DNA of 64,000 nucleotides from positions 7,286-71,285 of the forward strand of contig SHVJ01000001.1 of assembly GCA_009694295.1 (NCBI GenBank), given 5' to 3'. The notes beneath the pieces are model-generated. The model was given only the letters and a program-made list of their open reading frames with translations. It did not search any database and was not told the DNA's origin. This stretch comes from Acidimicrobiia bacterium (lineage in GTDB: Bacteria; Actinomycetota; Acidimicrobiia; IMCC26256; PALSA-555). Below, piece by piece: positions 34,214 to 42,146 of this stretch. Every line of letters starts with the position of its first letter. Positions within the stretch are counted from its first letter, which is position 1. A program made the translations under genes and the position numbers.

Positions 34214-34708
34214 CTAGTCGCCCTTGCCGCACTTCCAGCCGCTCAGCGAGGCCCGCAATCCCGCGGCGAGGTCTTGCCGCTCCTTGGCGGTGAGCTTGGC
34301 GTCGGCGTGCAGGCCGAACCACGTGTAGTAGCCGGGCGGCATCGAGCGACCAACGGTCTCGGCCGCGTCGCCGCCACCCTCGCCGCCACCCTCGCCGCCC
34401 CCGGTGCTCTTCGTGCAGTCGGAGAAGTTGAGCGTGTCGCGGCCCTCGTCCACGTGGTTCTTGATCCACCACGACAGCGGCGCGATGTCCTCGAACCAGG
34501 GGGTCTCGGTCTCGTTGCTATGGCAGTCGAAGCAAGCGACCTTCGCGAGGGCGCGCGTACGTGGGCTGTCCCACGTCGGCTCTTGCTTGACCGGCGGGTT
34601 GTCCACCCGGATCGGGATGAGCTGGAGCAGCCCGAAGGCCAACGCCAGGACGGCGATCACCGCGAGGACGCCACGACGGGTGAAGCGAGGTTTCGACCAC
34701 GTGACCAT
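34214..34708 (-). CDS. Membrane-anchored haem-binding-domain protein (CxxCH)
   Basis: TM anchor VLAVIAVLALAFGLL, then CFDCHSNETETPWFEDIAPLSWWIKNHV (CxxCH) and an internal GGGEGGGEGGG. Confidence 0.7.
   Translation of the reverse strand: MVTWSKPRFTRRGVLAVIAVLALAFGLLQLIPIRVDNPPVKQEPTWDSPRTRALAKVACFDCHSNETETPWFEDIAPLSWWIKNHVDEGRDTLNFSDCTKSTGGGEGGGEGGGDAAETVGRSMPPGYYTWFGLHADAKLTAKERQDLAAGLRASLSGWKCGKGD
34369..34402. repeat. 12-bp tandem repeat (CGCCGCCACCCT x2 plus partial) encoding GGGEGGGEGGG
   Basis: Units at 34369-34380 and 34381-34392, degenerate partial unit at 34393-34402. In-frame in the 34214..34708 gene. Confidence 0.85.
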
Positions 34709-34719
34709 GGCTGCATCAT

Positions 34720-34739
34720 GTCGGTGCACGGGCACCGAC
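34720..34739. promoter_or_regulatory. Palindrome GTCGGTGC-ACGG-GCACCGAC
   Basis: Perfect 8-bp arms, 12-31 nt upstream of ATG 34708, in the divergent region shared with the SDR gene at 34842. Confidence 0.35.
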
Positions 34740-34841
34740 GGCAGGGTCGAAAGTCCAAAGTCTTCGGCAAATCTCCCGGCGGTCTCGGCGCCTCGATCGG
34801 CGCGTCCGCGGCAGACTCTTCCTCACGCTGAGGAGGACGCA

Positions 34842-35624
34842 ATGTTGTTGGACGGCAAGGTGATGGTGGTCTCGGGCGTCGGCCCTGGGCTGGGACGCGA
34901 GATCGCTGCGGCAGCGGTGCGCGAGGGCGCATCCGTGATGATGGGCGCCCGCACCCAAGCGAACCTCGAGGCCGCGGCAGCCGAGATCGACCCGTCGGGC
35001 AAGCGCGTTGGCTGGCAGGTCACCGACATCACGAACGCGGAGCAGTGCGCCGCCCTCTCGAATGCCGCGGTCGAGAAGTTCGGCAAGCTCGACGCGCTGG
35101 TGAACTGCGCGGCCTTCGATTCCGTGTTCGGCGGTGTCGAGGAGGCCAACTTCGACGAGTGGCGTCAGGTGTTCGACACCAACGTGATCGGCACGCTCCA
35201 AGTGACCCAGTCGGCGATCCCCCACCTCAAGAAGAACGGTGGCGCGATCGTGTTCATCGGGTCGCAAGGGATGTTCTGGCCGCCGAAGGGCTTCTTCCAG
35301 ACCGCGTACCAATCGTCGAAGGCGGGACTGGTGTCAGCGATGTACCACCTCGCCAACGAGCTCGGCGCCGACAAGATCCGCGTGAACACCGTCGTGCCCA
35401 CATGGATGTGGGGCCCGCCGGTCGAGGGCTACGTGAAGATGACGGCCGACGCGCAGGGCATCCCGCCCGAGCAGGTCATCGCGGGGATCACGCAGAGCAT
35501 GCCGTTGGGCGAGATCCCCTCCGATGGCGACGTCGCCGAAGCCGTCATCTTCTTCGCGTCCGATCGCGCCCGCATGATCACCGCGCAGACGCTCATGGTG
35601 AACGCCGGCGAGTTCCCCCACTAA
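34842..35624 (+). CDS. SDR-family oxidoreductase
   Basis: MLLDGKVMVVSGVGPGLGREIA with GAGGAGGA before ATG 34842. The 5' part of ORF 34404 is non-coding. Confidence 0.85.
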   Translation: MLLDGKVMVVSGVGPGLGREIAAAAVREGASVMMGARTQANLEAAAAEIDPSGKRVGWQVTDITNAEQCAALSNAAVEKFGKLDALVNCAAFDSVFGGVEEANFDEWRQVFDTNVIGTLQVTQSAIPHLKKNGGAIVFIGSQGMFWPPKGFFQTAYQSSKAGLVSAMYHLANELGADKIRVNTVVPTWMWGPPVEGYVKMTADAQGIPPEQVIAGITQSMPLGEIPSDGDVAEAVIFFASDRARMITAQTLMVNAGEFPH

Positions 35625-35695
35625 TTTGCTCGTTCTCGTGACGCTTCCGGTTGCCCTGACCACCGATTGCGTCACGAAAAGCAGCAGTGGGGCGG

Positions 35696-36082
35696 CTACT
35701 CGTAGACCTCGGGGTGGTCGAGGGGGTGGCGGAGCCAGTCGAGCATCTGACGGAGCTGGTCGTACGCGGCGAGACGCGCGTCGTCCGAGCCGTCGGCTTC
35801 GGCCTGGTCGCACACGTCGTTGAGTCGACGCGTCATCGTGGGGCCGAGCTCGAGCAGCCCGCCACTCCCGCCGGTCGCCCACTTGGCAAGCACGTAGTGA
35901 CACAGCGCGCCGACCGGCAGGTGCAGGTTCTCGCTCAGGGTGCGGATCGTCGCCAGCGGATCGACGTGCGCGTAGAGCGCGAGGTCGATCTTGAAATTGG
36001 CGTCGGGATCGTCAGCGCTCGGTGGCTCGGTCCACGGCTGGAGCTCAACCGTAACGTCGCCAGTATGAGCGGTATTGGTCAT
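35696..36082 (-). CDS. Hypothetical protein (128 aa), translationally coupled to amidohydrolase paralogue 2
   Basis: MTNTAHTGDVTVELQPWTEPP ... LHLPVGALCHYVLAKWATGGSGGLLELG. ATG 36082 overlaps the upstream stop as ATGA. The rest of the 380-aa ORF is antisense junk. Confidence 0.55.
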   Translation of the reverse strand: MTNTAHTGDVTVELQPWTEPPSADDPDANFKIDLALYAHVDPLATIRTLSENLHLPVGALCHYVLAKWATGGSGGLLELGPTMTRRLNDVCDQAEADGSDDARLAAYDQLRQMLDWLRHPLDHPEVYE

Positions 36083-37302
36083 GCGTCGAGCGCGTAGAGG
36101 GCCGCGGTGTTGGCGCCGGCGATGAGCTCGCGTTGGTCGTCGCCGAGTGTCTCCATCGCTTCGTCGAGCTCGCGGGTGGTGCCGGGGTACTTGGCGTCGG
36201 GGTGCGGGTAGTCGGATGCCCACACGATGCGATCGGCACCGACGAGCGGTGAGTTGGCGGTAAACGCCAGCGTTGACTCGTCGGGGTCGAAGCTGATCCA
36301 ACACTGACGTCGGAAGTAGGTGGACGGCTCCTCGTTCAGCCACGGCACGTCGAAGCCGAACTCGTGGAAGTGATGGTCGAGCCGCTCGAGCCACGGCACG
36401 ATCCAACCGCCGTTCGACTCCAGGAACACAACGCGCAGGTCGGGGAAGCGTTGGAGAACGCCGCCGCCGATCATGAACGCAATCGTGGTCATCATGTCGA
36501 CCGGGTTCGAGATCGCCTGCGCGAAGAAGTTGTTGTCGTAACCGATCGTCATGCCGGGCATCGGCGGCTTGAGGTCCATCTCGCCGCGCATCCACGGGGT
36601 GTCGAAGCGCAGCTCGTTGATACGCAACCCGCGACACGCGCCCGGCATGTCGCCAGCGAGCAACGGGTGGAAGCCGATGGCCACGTTCGCGTCGCACGCC
36701 GCCTTCCAGATCGGGTCGTATGCACGATCCGAAAGTGGCTTCCAGTCGAGCGTGGGGTTCGGACGCAGGAACGCGGCAACCATCGGTCGCGTCGCGCCCG
36801 ACCGGCGGATCTCGGCCGCGGCGAGCTCGGCATCCCACTGCGGCACGACGGCCGCGCCATAGAGCCGGCCGTCACTCTCACCGCAGTGGTCAGCGAGCCA
36901 GTCGTTGTACGCACGCGCCGTCGCCAGCGCCACATCGCGATCGGGATAGCCGGAGAGACCGAGCAGCATCGTGGGATAGAGGACCGACACGTCGATCATG
37001 TCTTCGTCCATCGCAGCGAGGCGCTCTTTGGTGTCGTAGGCGCCACCGGGGATCTGCGAGTACCGCATCTGCCCGGTCCAGGCTTGCTGCTTCTCTTCGT
37101 CGGTGAAGCCTGCGACGGCGGCGGCGGCATACACGTTGGCCGGCTCGCGCCCGTCGCCCATCACAACCCACTCGAGGCCTTTGGCGTCGGTCTCGACGTG
37201 CCACACCTTGTCGCGGAACCCGTGCGGCGCGTAGTTCTGGAGACCCGTCGGGTGCTCGACGAGATGCCCGTCGGCGTCGAGATACCGCAGGTCGTCGCCC
37301 AT
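36079..37302 (-). CDS. Amidohydrolase-2 family, paralogue 2
   Basis: YLDADGHLVEHP N-terminus and WASDYPHPDAKYPG. GAGGGGGAG lies before ATG 37302. Confidence 0.85.
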   Translation of the reverse strand: MGDDLRYLDADGHLVEHPTGLQNYAPHGFRDKVWHVETDAKGLEWVVMGDGREPANVYAAAAVAGFTDEEKQQAWTGQMRYSQIPGGAYDTKERLAAMDEDMIDVSVLYPTMLLGLSGYPDRDVALATARAYNDWLADHCGESDGRLYGAAVVPQWDAELAAAEIRRSGATRPMVAAFLRPNPTLDWKPLSDRAYDPIWKAACDANVAIGFHPLLAGDMPGACRGLRINELRFDTPWMRGEMDLKPPMPGMTIGYDNNFFAQAISNPVDMMTTIAFMIGGGVLQRFPDLRVVFLESNGGWIVPWLERLDHHFHEFGFDVPWLNEEPSTYFRRQCWISFDPDESTLAFTANSPLVGADRIVWASDYPHPDAKYPGTTRELDEAMETLGDDQRELIAGANTAALYALDA

Positions 37303-37338
37303 GAATGCTCCCCCTCATCGCGTTGCTGAGGCGAACGG

Positions 37339-37344
37339 TAGCGT
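37339..37344 (+). promoter_or_regulatory. -10-like TANNNT box (TAGCGT), 8 nt before GTG 37353
   Basis: TAGCGT-CCGGCCTC-GTG. Confidence 0.4.
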
Positions 37345-37352
37345 CCGGCCTC

Positions 37353-38420
37353 GTGAGCGACACCCAGGTCGTCGTGGGCATCTTCTACCCGAGCAATTGG
37401 TTCGGCGATGCCGACGGCTTCGCACGCGAGGTGGCTGCGCTCAAGGCGCTCGACCCCCGCGTTCGAGTGATCACCGAGCGATACGACGAGACGCACGAGC
37501 TGCGCAGTGCACGCGGCACGCCGGGTGCCAAGGATCAGAATCTCCGGGGCCGAGCGCCCGCGCTCACCAAGGCCCAGCGCAAGGCCTTCGCCATGATCAA
37601 CGTGGCGGTGGCGATCGACTTGCCCTACGACGTGGCGACCCACGCTCCCAACCTCGTCTGGGTGCAGTCGGTGGGAGCCGGCACCGGCCAGCTCCAATCG
37701 GCCGGTCTCGCCGACGTGGGTGTCCGCCTCACATCTGCCGCGGGGGTGAACGCGGTTGGGATCGCCGAGTTCGCGCTCGCGCGCGTGCTCCAGCACTGGA
37801 AGCGCCTCCCGGTGCTCGACGCCGCGCGCGAGCGGCACGAGTGGATGCCGGTCTACGGCCGCCAACTTGCCGGCAGCACGCTCGGGCTGATCGGTCTCGG
37901 CGCAATCAACTCGGCGGTCGCGAGCCGCGCGAAAGCGTTCGGCATGCGCGTGCTCGCGACACGTCGATCGGCCACGCCCGGTGCGACGGCACTCGATATC
38001 GACGAGCTGTTCCCACCCGGCGACCTGCACGCCATGCTCGTACAGTGCGACGCAGTTGTCGCCGCAGTACCTGAGACGCCGGAGACCACCGGGATGATGG
38101 ACGCCGCCGCGTTCGCGGCGATGCAGCAGGGTTCGTTCTTCTGCAACGTCGGCCGAGGTTCGTTCGTCGACGAACCCGCGCTGATCCACGCGCTCGAGAG
38201 TGGGCATCTAGGTGCTGCGGCGATCGATGTCGCGAGTGTCGAGCCGTTGCCGGGCGATCACCCGCTGTGGGATGCGCCGAACCTCTACATCTCGCCGCAC
38301 GCCGCGGCCGTGCCGGGCGCGCTCTTCGTCAACCTGCATGAGCTCTTCCGGGAGAATCTCACCCGCTTTCTCGCGAACGAACCGCTCCGCAACGAGGTCG
38401 ACCTCGCGCGCGGCTACTGA
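37353..38420 (+). CDS. D-isomer-specific 2-hydroxyacid dehydrogenase family (NAD-binding)
   Basis: GSTLGLIGLGAINSAVASRAKAFG (GxGxxG) ... FFCNVGRGSFVDE ... ISPHAA. The ORF-track start at 37305 would abut the divergent gene. Confidence 0.8.
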   Translation: MSDTQVVVGIFYPSNWFGDADGFAREVAALKALDPRVRVITERYDETHELRSARGTPGAKDQNLRGRAPALTKAQRKAFAMINVAVAIDLPYDVATHAPNLVWVQSVGAGTGQLQSAGLADVGVRLTSAAGVNAVGIAEFALARVLQHWKRLPVLDAARERHEWMPVYGRQLAGSTLGLIGLGAINSAVASRAKAFGMRVLATRRSATPGATALDIDELFPPGDLHAMLVQCDAVVAAVPETPETTGMMDAAAFAAMQQGSFFCNVGRGSFVDEPALIHALESGHLGAAAIDVASVEPLPGDHPLWDAPNLYISPHAAAVPGALFVNLHELFRENLTRFLANEPLRNEVDLARGY

Positions 38421-38431
38421 TTCTTTCCGAC

Positions 38432-38504
38432 CAGCACTTGCCTAACTCGCACTTGCCCGGCTCACATTTGCCCGCTCACACTTGCCCGGCTCACACCTGG
38501 AGGA
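38432..38504. repeat. About five degenerate tandem copies of a 14-15-bp unit (consensus CTCACACTTGCCCGG) in the mscL leader
   Basis: CAGCACTTGCCTAA (38432-38445), CTCGCACTTGCCCGG (38446-38460), CTCACATTTGCCCG (38461-38474), CTCACACTTGCCCGG (38475-38489), CTCACACCTGGAGGA (38490-38504). The last unit contains the GGAGGA Shine-Dalgarno. Confidence 0.85.
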
Positions 38505-38508
38505 AGCC

Positions 38509-38898
38509 ATGCCCTCGAACATGACCAAGGAGTTCAAGGACTTCATCTCTCGCAGCAACGTGATCGATCTCGCCGTTGGCATCGTGATCGGCGCCGCATT
38601 CACCGTCGTCATCCAGTCGTTTGTGAACGACATCCTCAACGCATTCATCGGCGCGGTGGTGGGCAAGCCCAACTTCGACGACCTCACGCTCTCGATCGGC
38701 GATGGCGTGATCCGTTACGGGAGCTTCCTCACCGCGGTCATCAGCTTCCTGATCGTCGGGCTTGCGCTGTTCCTCGTCGTGAAAGCGATCAACGGCATGC
38801 GCAAGCAGGAAGAGGCCGAGCCCGGGCTGTCAGAGAAGGACGTGCTCGTGGAGATCCGCGACCTACTTGCAGGTCGAGGTGGTCAGCCGCCGAGCTGA
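38509..38898 (+). CDS. mscL: Large-conductance mechanosensitive channel MscL
   Basis: MPSNMTKEFKDFISRSNVIDLAVGIVIGAAFTVVIQSFVNDILNAFIGAVVGKPNF. GGAGGA before ATG 38509. Confidence 0.9.
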   Translation: MPSNMTKEFKDFISRSNVIDLAVGIVIGAAFTVVIQSFVNDILNAFIGAVVGKPNFDDLTLSIGDGVIRYGSFLTAVISFLIVGLALFLVVKAINGMRKQEEAEPGLSEKDVLVEIRDLLAGRGGQPPS

Positions 38899-39764
38899 TG
38901 AAGGCGGATGACAGCGTTCTGTCCGGTGCCCCACGGTGACGCGGCAACCGCTTGCACCAACCGGAGCGCGGAGTCGCCCCGCGCCAGTGCGTCGAGGATT
39001 GCCGGGTAGTGGCCGTTGTGGAGCGTGATGACGGTCGCGTCGAGACCAACCTCGTCGGTCGGGTAGCCCTTCACGCCCACTGAGTTGACGTTGTGGGCGC
39101 CGGGCGCGCCTTGTGTGGTGGCCAACGGGTTGCGGGCGGACGCAACGTTCGATTCCGCTTCGATCCAGGCGACGAGTCCAAGCAGGTTCTCGCTCGTCAC
39201 GGGAGCACCGAGGCGGTCGAGCAACAGCACGCACCAAAGGGTGCGCCGGTGCCCGCCCTGCGCAAGCGCCGCGACGAGCTCCGCCTTCTTCGCGGCGGCG
39301 GCATCGAGGTTGAACTTCACCTCGTCACGGTGCTGCACCGCGGCGGTTGCTGCGGCCTTGGCGGCTGAGCGGGTGGCGCTTGCTTGTTCTGGTGCGAGGT
39401 CCTTGAGCAGCGCGCTGGTGGCTGCGCTCAAGACGTCGCCGGTCCCCACGCTGGGAGCGGACGCGCCTTCGGCGTGCGTGCGCTCCTCTTCGGCGGCGGC
39501 CGCCGTAGCTGCGGTGAACGTGGCAACCACCTTGGCTTCGGCATCCGGGAGCACGTAGGTGTTGATGCGGATCGCGGCGTCTGCAACGACGATCTGCTGG
39601 GCGATCTGGGCCGCGGCACCGGGATCGGCATCACGCACCGGGCCGGCGGTGGCGGTCGGCGCGCCGAATGAGAGGGCGACGGTCGCGATCGCGATCGCGG
39701 CCACCACCATGGCGACGAACGCGACCGTGCCGCGCCCACGCCTCACCACTGCCATACCGGTCAT
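38883..39764 (-). CDS. Membrane-anchored / secreted hypothetical protein (Ala-rich coiled region plus conserved C-terminal domain)
   Basis: Anchor VAFVAMVVAAIAIATVAL. C-terminal domain ...WIEAESNVASARNPLATTQGAPGAHNVNSVGVKGYPTDEVG... GGGAGG before ATG 39764. The 3' end overlaps mscL by 16 nt, convergently. Confidence 0.6.
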   Translation of the reverse strand: MTGMAVVRRGRGTVAFVAMVVAAIAIATVALSFGAPTATAGPVRDADPGAAAQIAQQIVVADAAIRINTYVLPDAEAKVVATFTAATAAAAEEERTHAEGASAPSVGTGDVLSAATSALLKDLAPEQASATRSAAKAAATAAVQHRDEVKFNLDAAAAKKAELVAALAQGGHRRTLWCVLLLDRLGAPVTSENLLGLVAWIEAESNVASARNPLATTQGAPGAHNVNSVGVKGYPTDEVGLDATVITLHNGHYPAILDALARGDSALRLVQAVAASPWGTGQNAVIRLHQLGG

Positions 39765-39857
39765 TCGGGGCCTCCCATGCCTCGCATGAGAGGCATCGGC
39801 CGGTCCCCGACAGGCCTTGAGGGGAAAGGGGTGTGGTCAGGGCAGGAGCCCTGGCGC

Positions 39858-39908
39858 GCCTTCTGGGTCGATGGGCCTTCTGGGTCGATGGGCCTTCTAG
39901 GTCGACGG
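39858..39908. repeat. 17-bp x3 tandem repeat spanning the PBP stop codon
   Basis: Plus-strand units are GCCTTCTGGGTCGATGG (39858-39874 and 39875-39891, identical) and GCCTTCTAGGTCGACGG (39892-39908). On the minus strand the gene-proximal unit carries TAG where the two distal units carry CAG. Confidence 0.9.
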
Positions 39909-41963
39909 GGTGGTCGAGGGCACGGTGACGGGCGGCACTGTCACCTCCGGGATGACGATGACCGGCCCGGCGGTCGTGGGCGTGGTCGGCGGGGCGACGC
40001 CCGGCACTCCCCGGCCCTTCTCAGAGACGTAGGCCCCCTGGCGGTCGCAGAACGGACCCGGGTCGGGGAACTCGGCGAAGGGGAGCGCAAAGAGTGCGGT
40101 CTCCATGAACGCCCTGAAGATGCGCGCCGGGATCTGGCCGCCGAACCCGGCACCGGGCACCTGCGCGAGTGCGTTGCCGTGCCAGATGAAGACCGCGAGC
40201 TGCGGGGTGAAACCGAGGAAGTTCGCGTCGGCCTTGTTGTCGGTCGTGCCGGTCTTGCCCGCGACCGGTCGGCTGCTGTTCAATCGCGCCGCCGTACCAG
40301 TGCCGCTCGTGATCACGCCGCGCAACATGTCGGCTTCGCACGCGGCGGCCTCTTCACTGATCGCGCGCGTCCCTTCCACGTCCTTCGCGGCGTCGAAGAC
40401 CACCCGTCCGTCGGCGGCCACGATCTTGCTCACGAACAACGGCGGGTGGTGCACGCCACCGTTGGCGATCGTGGACGCCACCGTCGCCATCTCCAACGGT
40501 GTCGTCTCGATCGTCCCTAGCGTCAACGTGAGGATCGGCTTCAACGTCTCTTGGGTGATCCCCATCTTCTGGGCCGTCTCCATAACGTTGAGCAGTCCGG
40601 TTGCGAGCTCCAACCGGGCGAACGCACAGTTGACGGAGTGCGCTGTTGCCGAGCGCAAGGTCATACGACCGGTCCCACGTTCGGCGTTCTGGGTTTTGCC
40701 GAGCGCACCGAACTCACACGGCGACGATCCGCTGATCGTGTCCTTCGGCGAGAACCCGTGTTCGATCGCCGAGGCCAGTGTGATCACCTTCCACGTGGAG
40801 CCCGCCTGGCGTCCCGGGTACGTCGTGGCGATGTTGTACTGACTCTGCACGAACGCCGGACCAGCGATCATCGCCTTCACTTCACCGGTGTTGGGATCCA
40901 TGGCGATCATCGCGCCGGTGAATCCCGGCTTCTCCGGCAGAATCTCGTCCATCGCTTCTTGCGCGAACTTCTGCTTCACGGGGTCGAGCGTGGCCGTGAT
41001 CTGCAACCCACCGGTCAGCACACGAGTTCGCCGGATCGGTTCCGTCTTGCCGAGCACCGCATACACCGGGTCGTTGATCAGCCGATCTTGCACCTCTTCG
41101 GCCCACGCATTGCGCGGTCGGAGCTCGGCATCGGGCTTGATCGACGGCAGTGGCTCCTGCTCGGCGACGACGGCCTCCGCGCGCGTGATGTAGTCCTGGC
41201 TGACCATTTGGCTCAACGCGATCGTTCGGCGGGCACGCGCGCGCTCGGGACTTGTGAACGGGTTATCGCCCTCGGGGTTGGCGATGAGACCCGCGAGCAG
41301 CGCGGCTTGCGCGATGGTCACGTCGGCGAGCTGCGGAGGATACGGACCGAAGGCGCCCTCCTGGAGGAAGAAACGCTCCACCGCGGCCTTCACTCCGTAC
41401 GACCCTTGTCCGAAGTACACGGTGTTCAGGTACTGCTCGAGGATCTTGCGCTTCGAGATCTGATCGGTGAGCCGGACCGCGAGGAGGACTTCGCGCACCT
41501 TGCGGTTGAGGTCGCGCTCTGACGTGAGGATGCGGTTCTTCACGAGCTGTTGGGTGATCGTCGACCCCCCTTCCTCGATCTCACCCGACGTCACGTTGCG
41601 TGCGAACGCTCGCGCCACCGCATTGAAGTCGACGCCCTCATTGGTCCAGAACGTCTGGTCTTCGACCGCAACGACCGCTTGTTGGAGGATCTTGGGAACG
41701 GCGCTGAGGCGAACCTCTTGTCGGTTCAGCGACCCGAGCACCGCGATCACGTTCCCCTTCGAGTCGTACACCGTCGAGCGCTGCTTGAGCTCGCGCAACG
41801 TGATGCTGCTGTCGAACTCCTGGGCGCGGAACAGGATCCCGGTGCTCATCACGAGAGCGGCGATGAACATGCCGACGACGACACCACCAACGATGACCGT
41901 CGTGAGGAACGCCCGAACGGGTGACTGCTCAGCCATCTCGGCGAGTCGCCGGTAAGGCTGCAC
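39897..41963 (-). CDS. Class A penicillin-binding protein (GT51 transglycosylase plus transpeptidase)
   Basis: EDQTFWTNEGVD, GGSTITQQLVKN, STWK (SxxK), KTGTTD. N-terminal TM and Pro/Thr/Val-rich C-terminus. GTG start at 41963. Confidence 0.9.
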   Translation of the reverse strand: MQPYRRLAEMAEQSPVRAFLTTVIVGGVVVGMFIAALVMSTGILFRAQEFDSSITLRELKQRSTVYDSKGNVIAVLGSLNRQEVRLSAVPKILQQAVVAVEDQTFWTNEGVDFNAVARAFARNVTSGEIEEGGSTITQQLVKNRILTSERDLNRKVREVLLAVRLTDQISKRKILEQYLNTVYFGQGSYGVKAAVERFFLQEGAFGPYPPQLADVTIAQAALLAGLIANPEGDNPFTSPERARARRTIALSQMVSQDYITRAEAVVAEQEPLPSIKPDAELRPRNAWAEEVQDRLINDPVYAVLGKTEPIRRTRVLTGGLQITATLDPVKQKFAQEAMDEILPEKPGFTGAMIAMDPNTGEVKAMIAGPAFVQSQYNIATTYPGRQAGSTWKVITLASAIEHGFSPKDTISGSSPCEFGALGKTQNAERGTGRMTLRSATAHSVNCAFARLELATGLLNVMETAQKMGITQETLKPILTLTLGTIETTPLEMATVASTIANGGVHHPPLFVSKIVAADGRVVFDAAKDVEGTRAISEEAAACEADMLRGVITSGTGTAARLNSSRPVAGKTGTTDNKADANFLGFTPQLAVFIWHGNALAQVPGAGFGGQIPARIFRAFMETALFALPFAEFPDPGPFCDRQGAYVSEKGRGVPGVAPPTTPTTAGPVIVIPEVTVPPVTVPSTTPST

Positions 41964-41969
41964 AACCAG

Positions 41970-41975
41970 ATGATA
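41970..41975 (-). promoter_or_regulatory. -10-like TANNNT box (TATCAT on minus strand), 6 nt before GTG 41963
   Basis: Minus strand reads TATCAT-CTGGTT-GTG. Confidence 0.45.
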
Positions 41976-41982
41976 CGAGAGC

Positions 41983-42018
41983 GGGTGGCGTCAGACTCTT
42001 CAAACCCGGACGCCACCC
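41983..42018. promoter_or_regulatory. Perfect 10-bp inverted repeat GGGTGGCGTC / GACGCCACCC with 16-nt spacer
   Basis: Arms at 41983-41992 and 42009-42018. Relative to the putative PBP transcription start this covers about -20 to -55. Confidence 0.5.
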
Positions 42019-42031
42019 AAGTCTTGATGGG

Positions 42032-42059
42032 CAGGTTCTGAGAGCCAGGTTCTGACAGG
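42032..42059. repeat. 14-bp x2 direct repeat CAGGTTCTGAGAGC / CAGGTTCTGACAGG
   Basis: The 10-bp core CAGGTTCTGA is repeated exactly, in a locally lower-GC intergenic region upstream of the aldo/keto reductase gene. Confidence 0.8.
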
Positions 42060-42146
42060 AGATCCTCATGCGATTCGCGCTGAAAACAGCACCGCAACAC
42101 ACCCAGTGGAAGGACATGCTGACATGAACGACACGAGGAGTCGACG

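Noticed and set aside
34821-34844. TTCCTCA-CGC-TGAGGAGG stem that could sequester the Shine-Dalgarno sequence of the SDR gene at 34842.
   Set aside because: The stem is 7 bp with a 3-nt loop. Such pairings arise easily next to GGAGG-type sites, and nothing else supports it.
35637-35676. Hairpin CGTGACGC-N24-GCGTCACG between convergent genes, considered as a bidirectional terminator.
   Set aside because: The stem is only 8 bp with a 24-nt loop, and no U-tract lies on the appropriate side. It is too weak to call.
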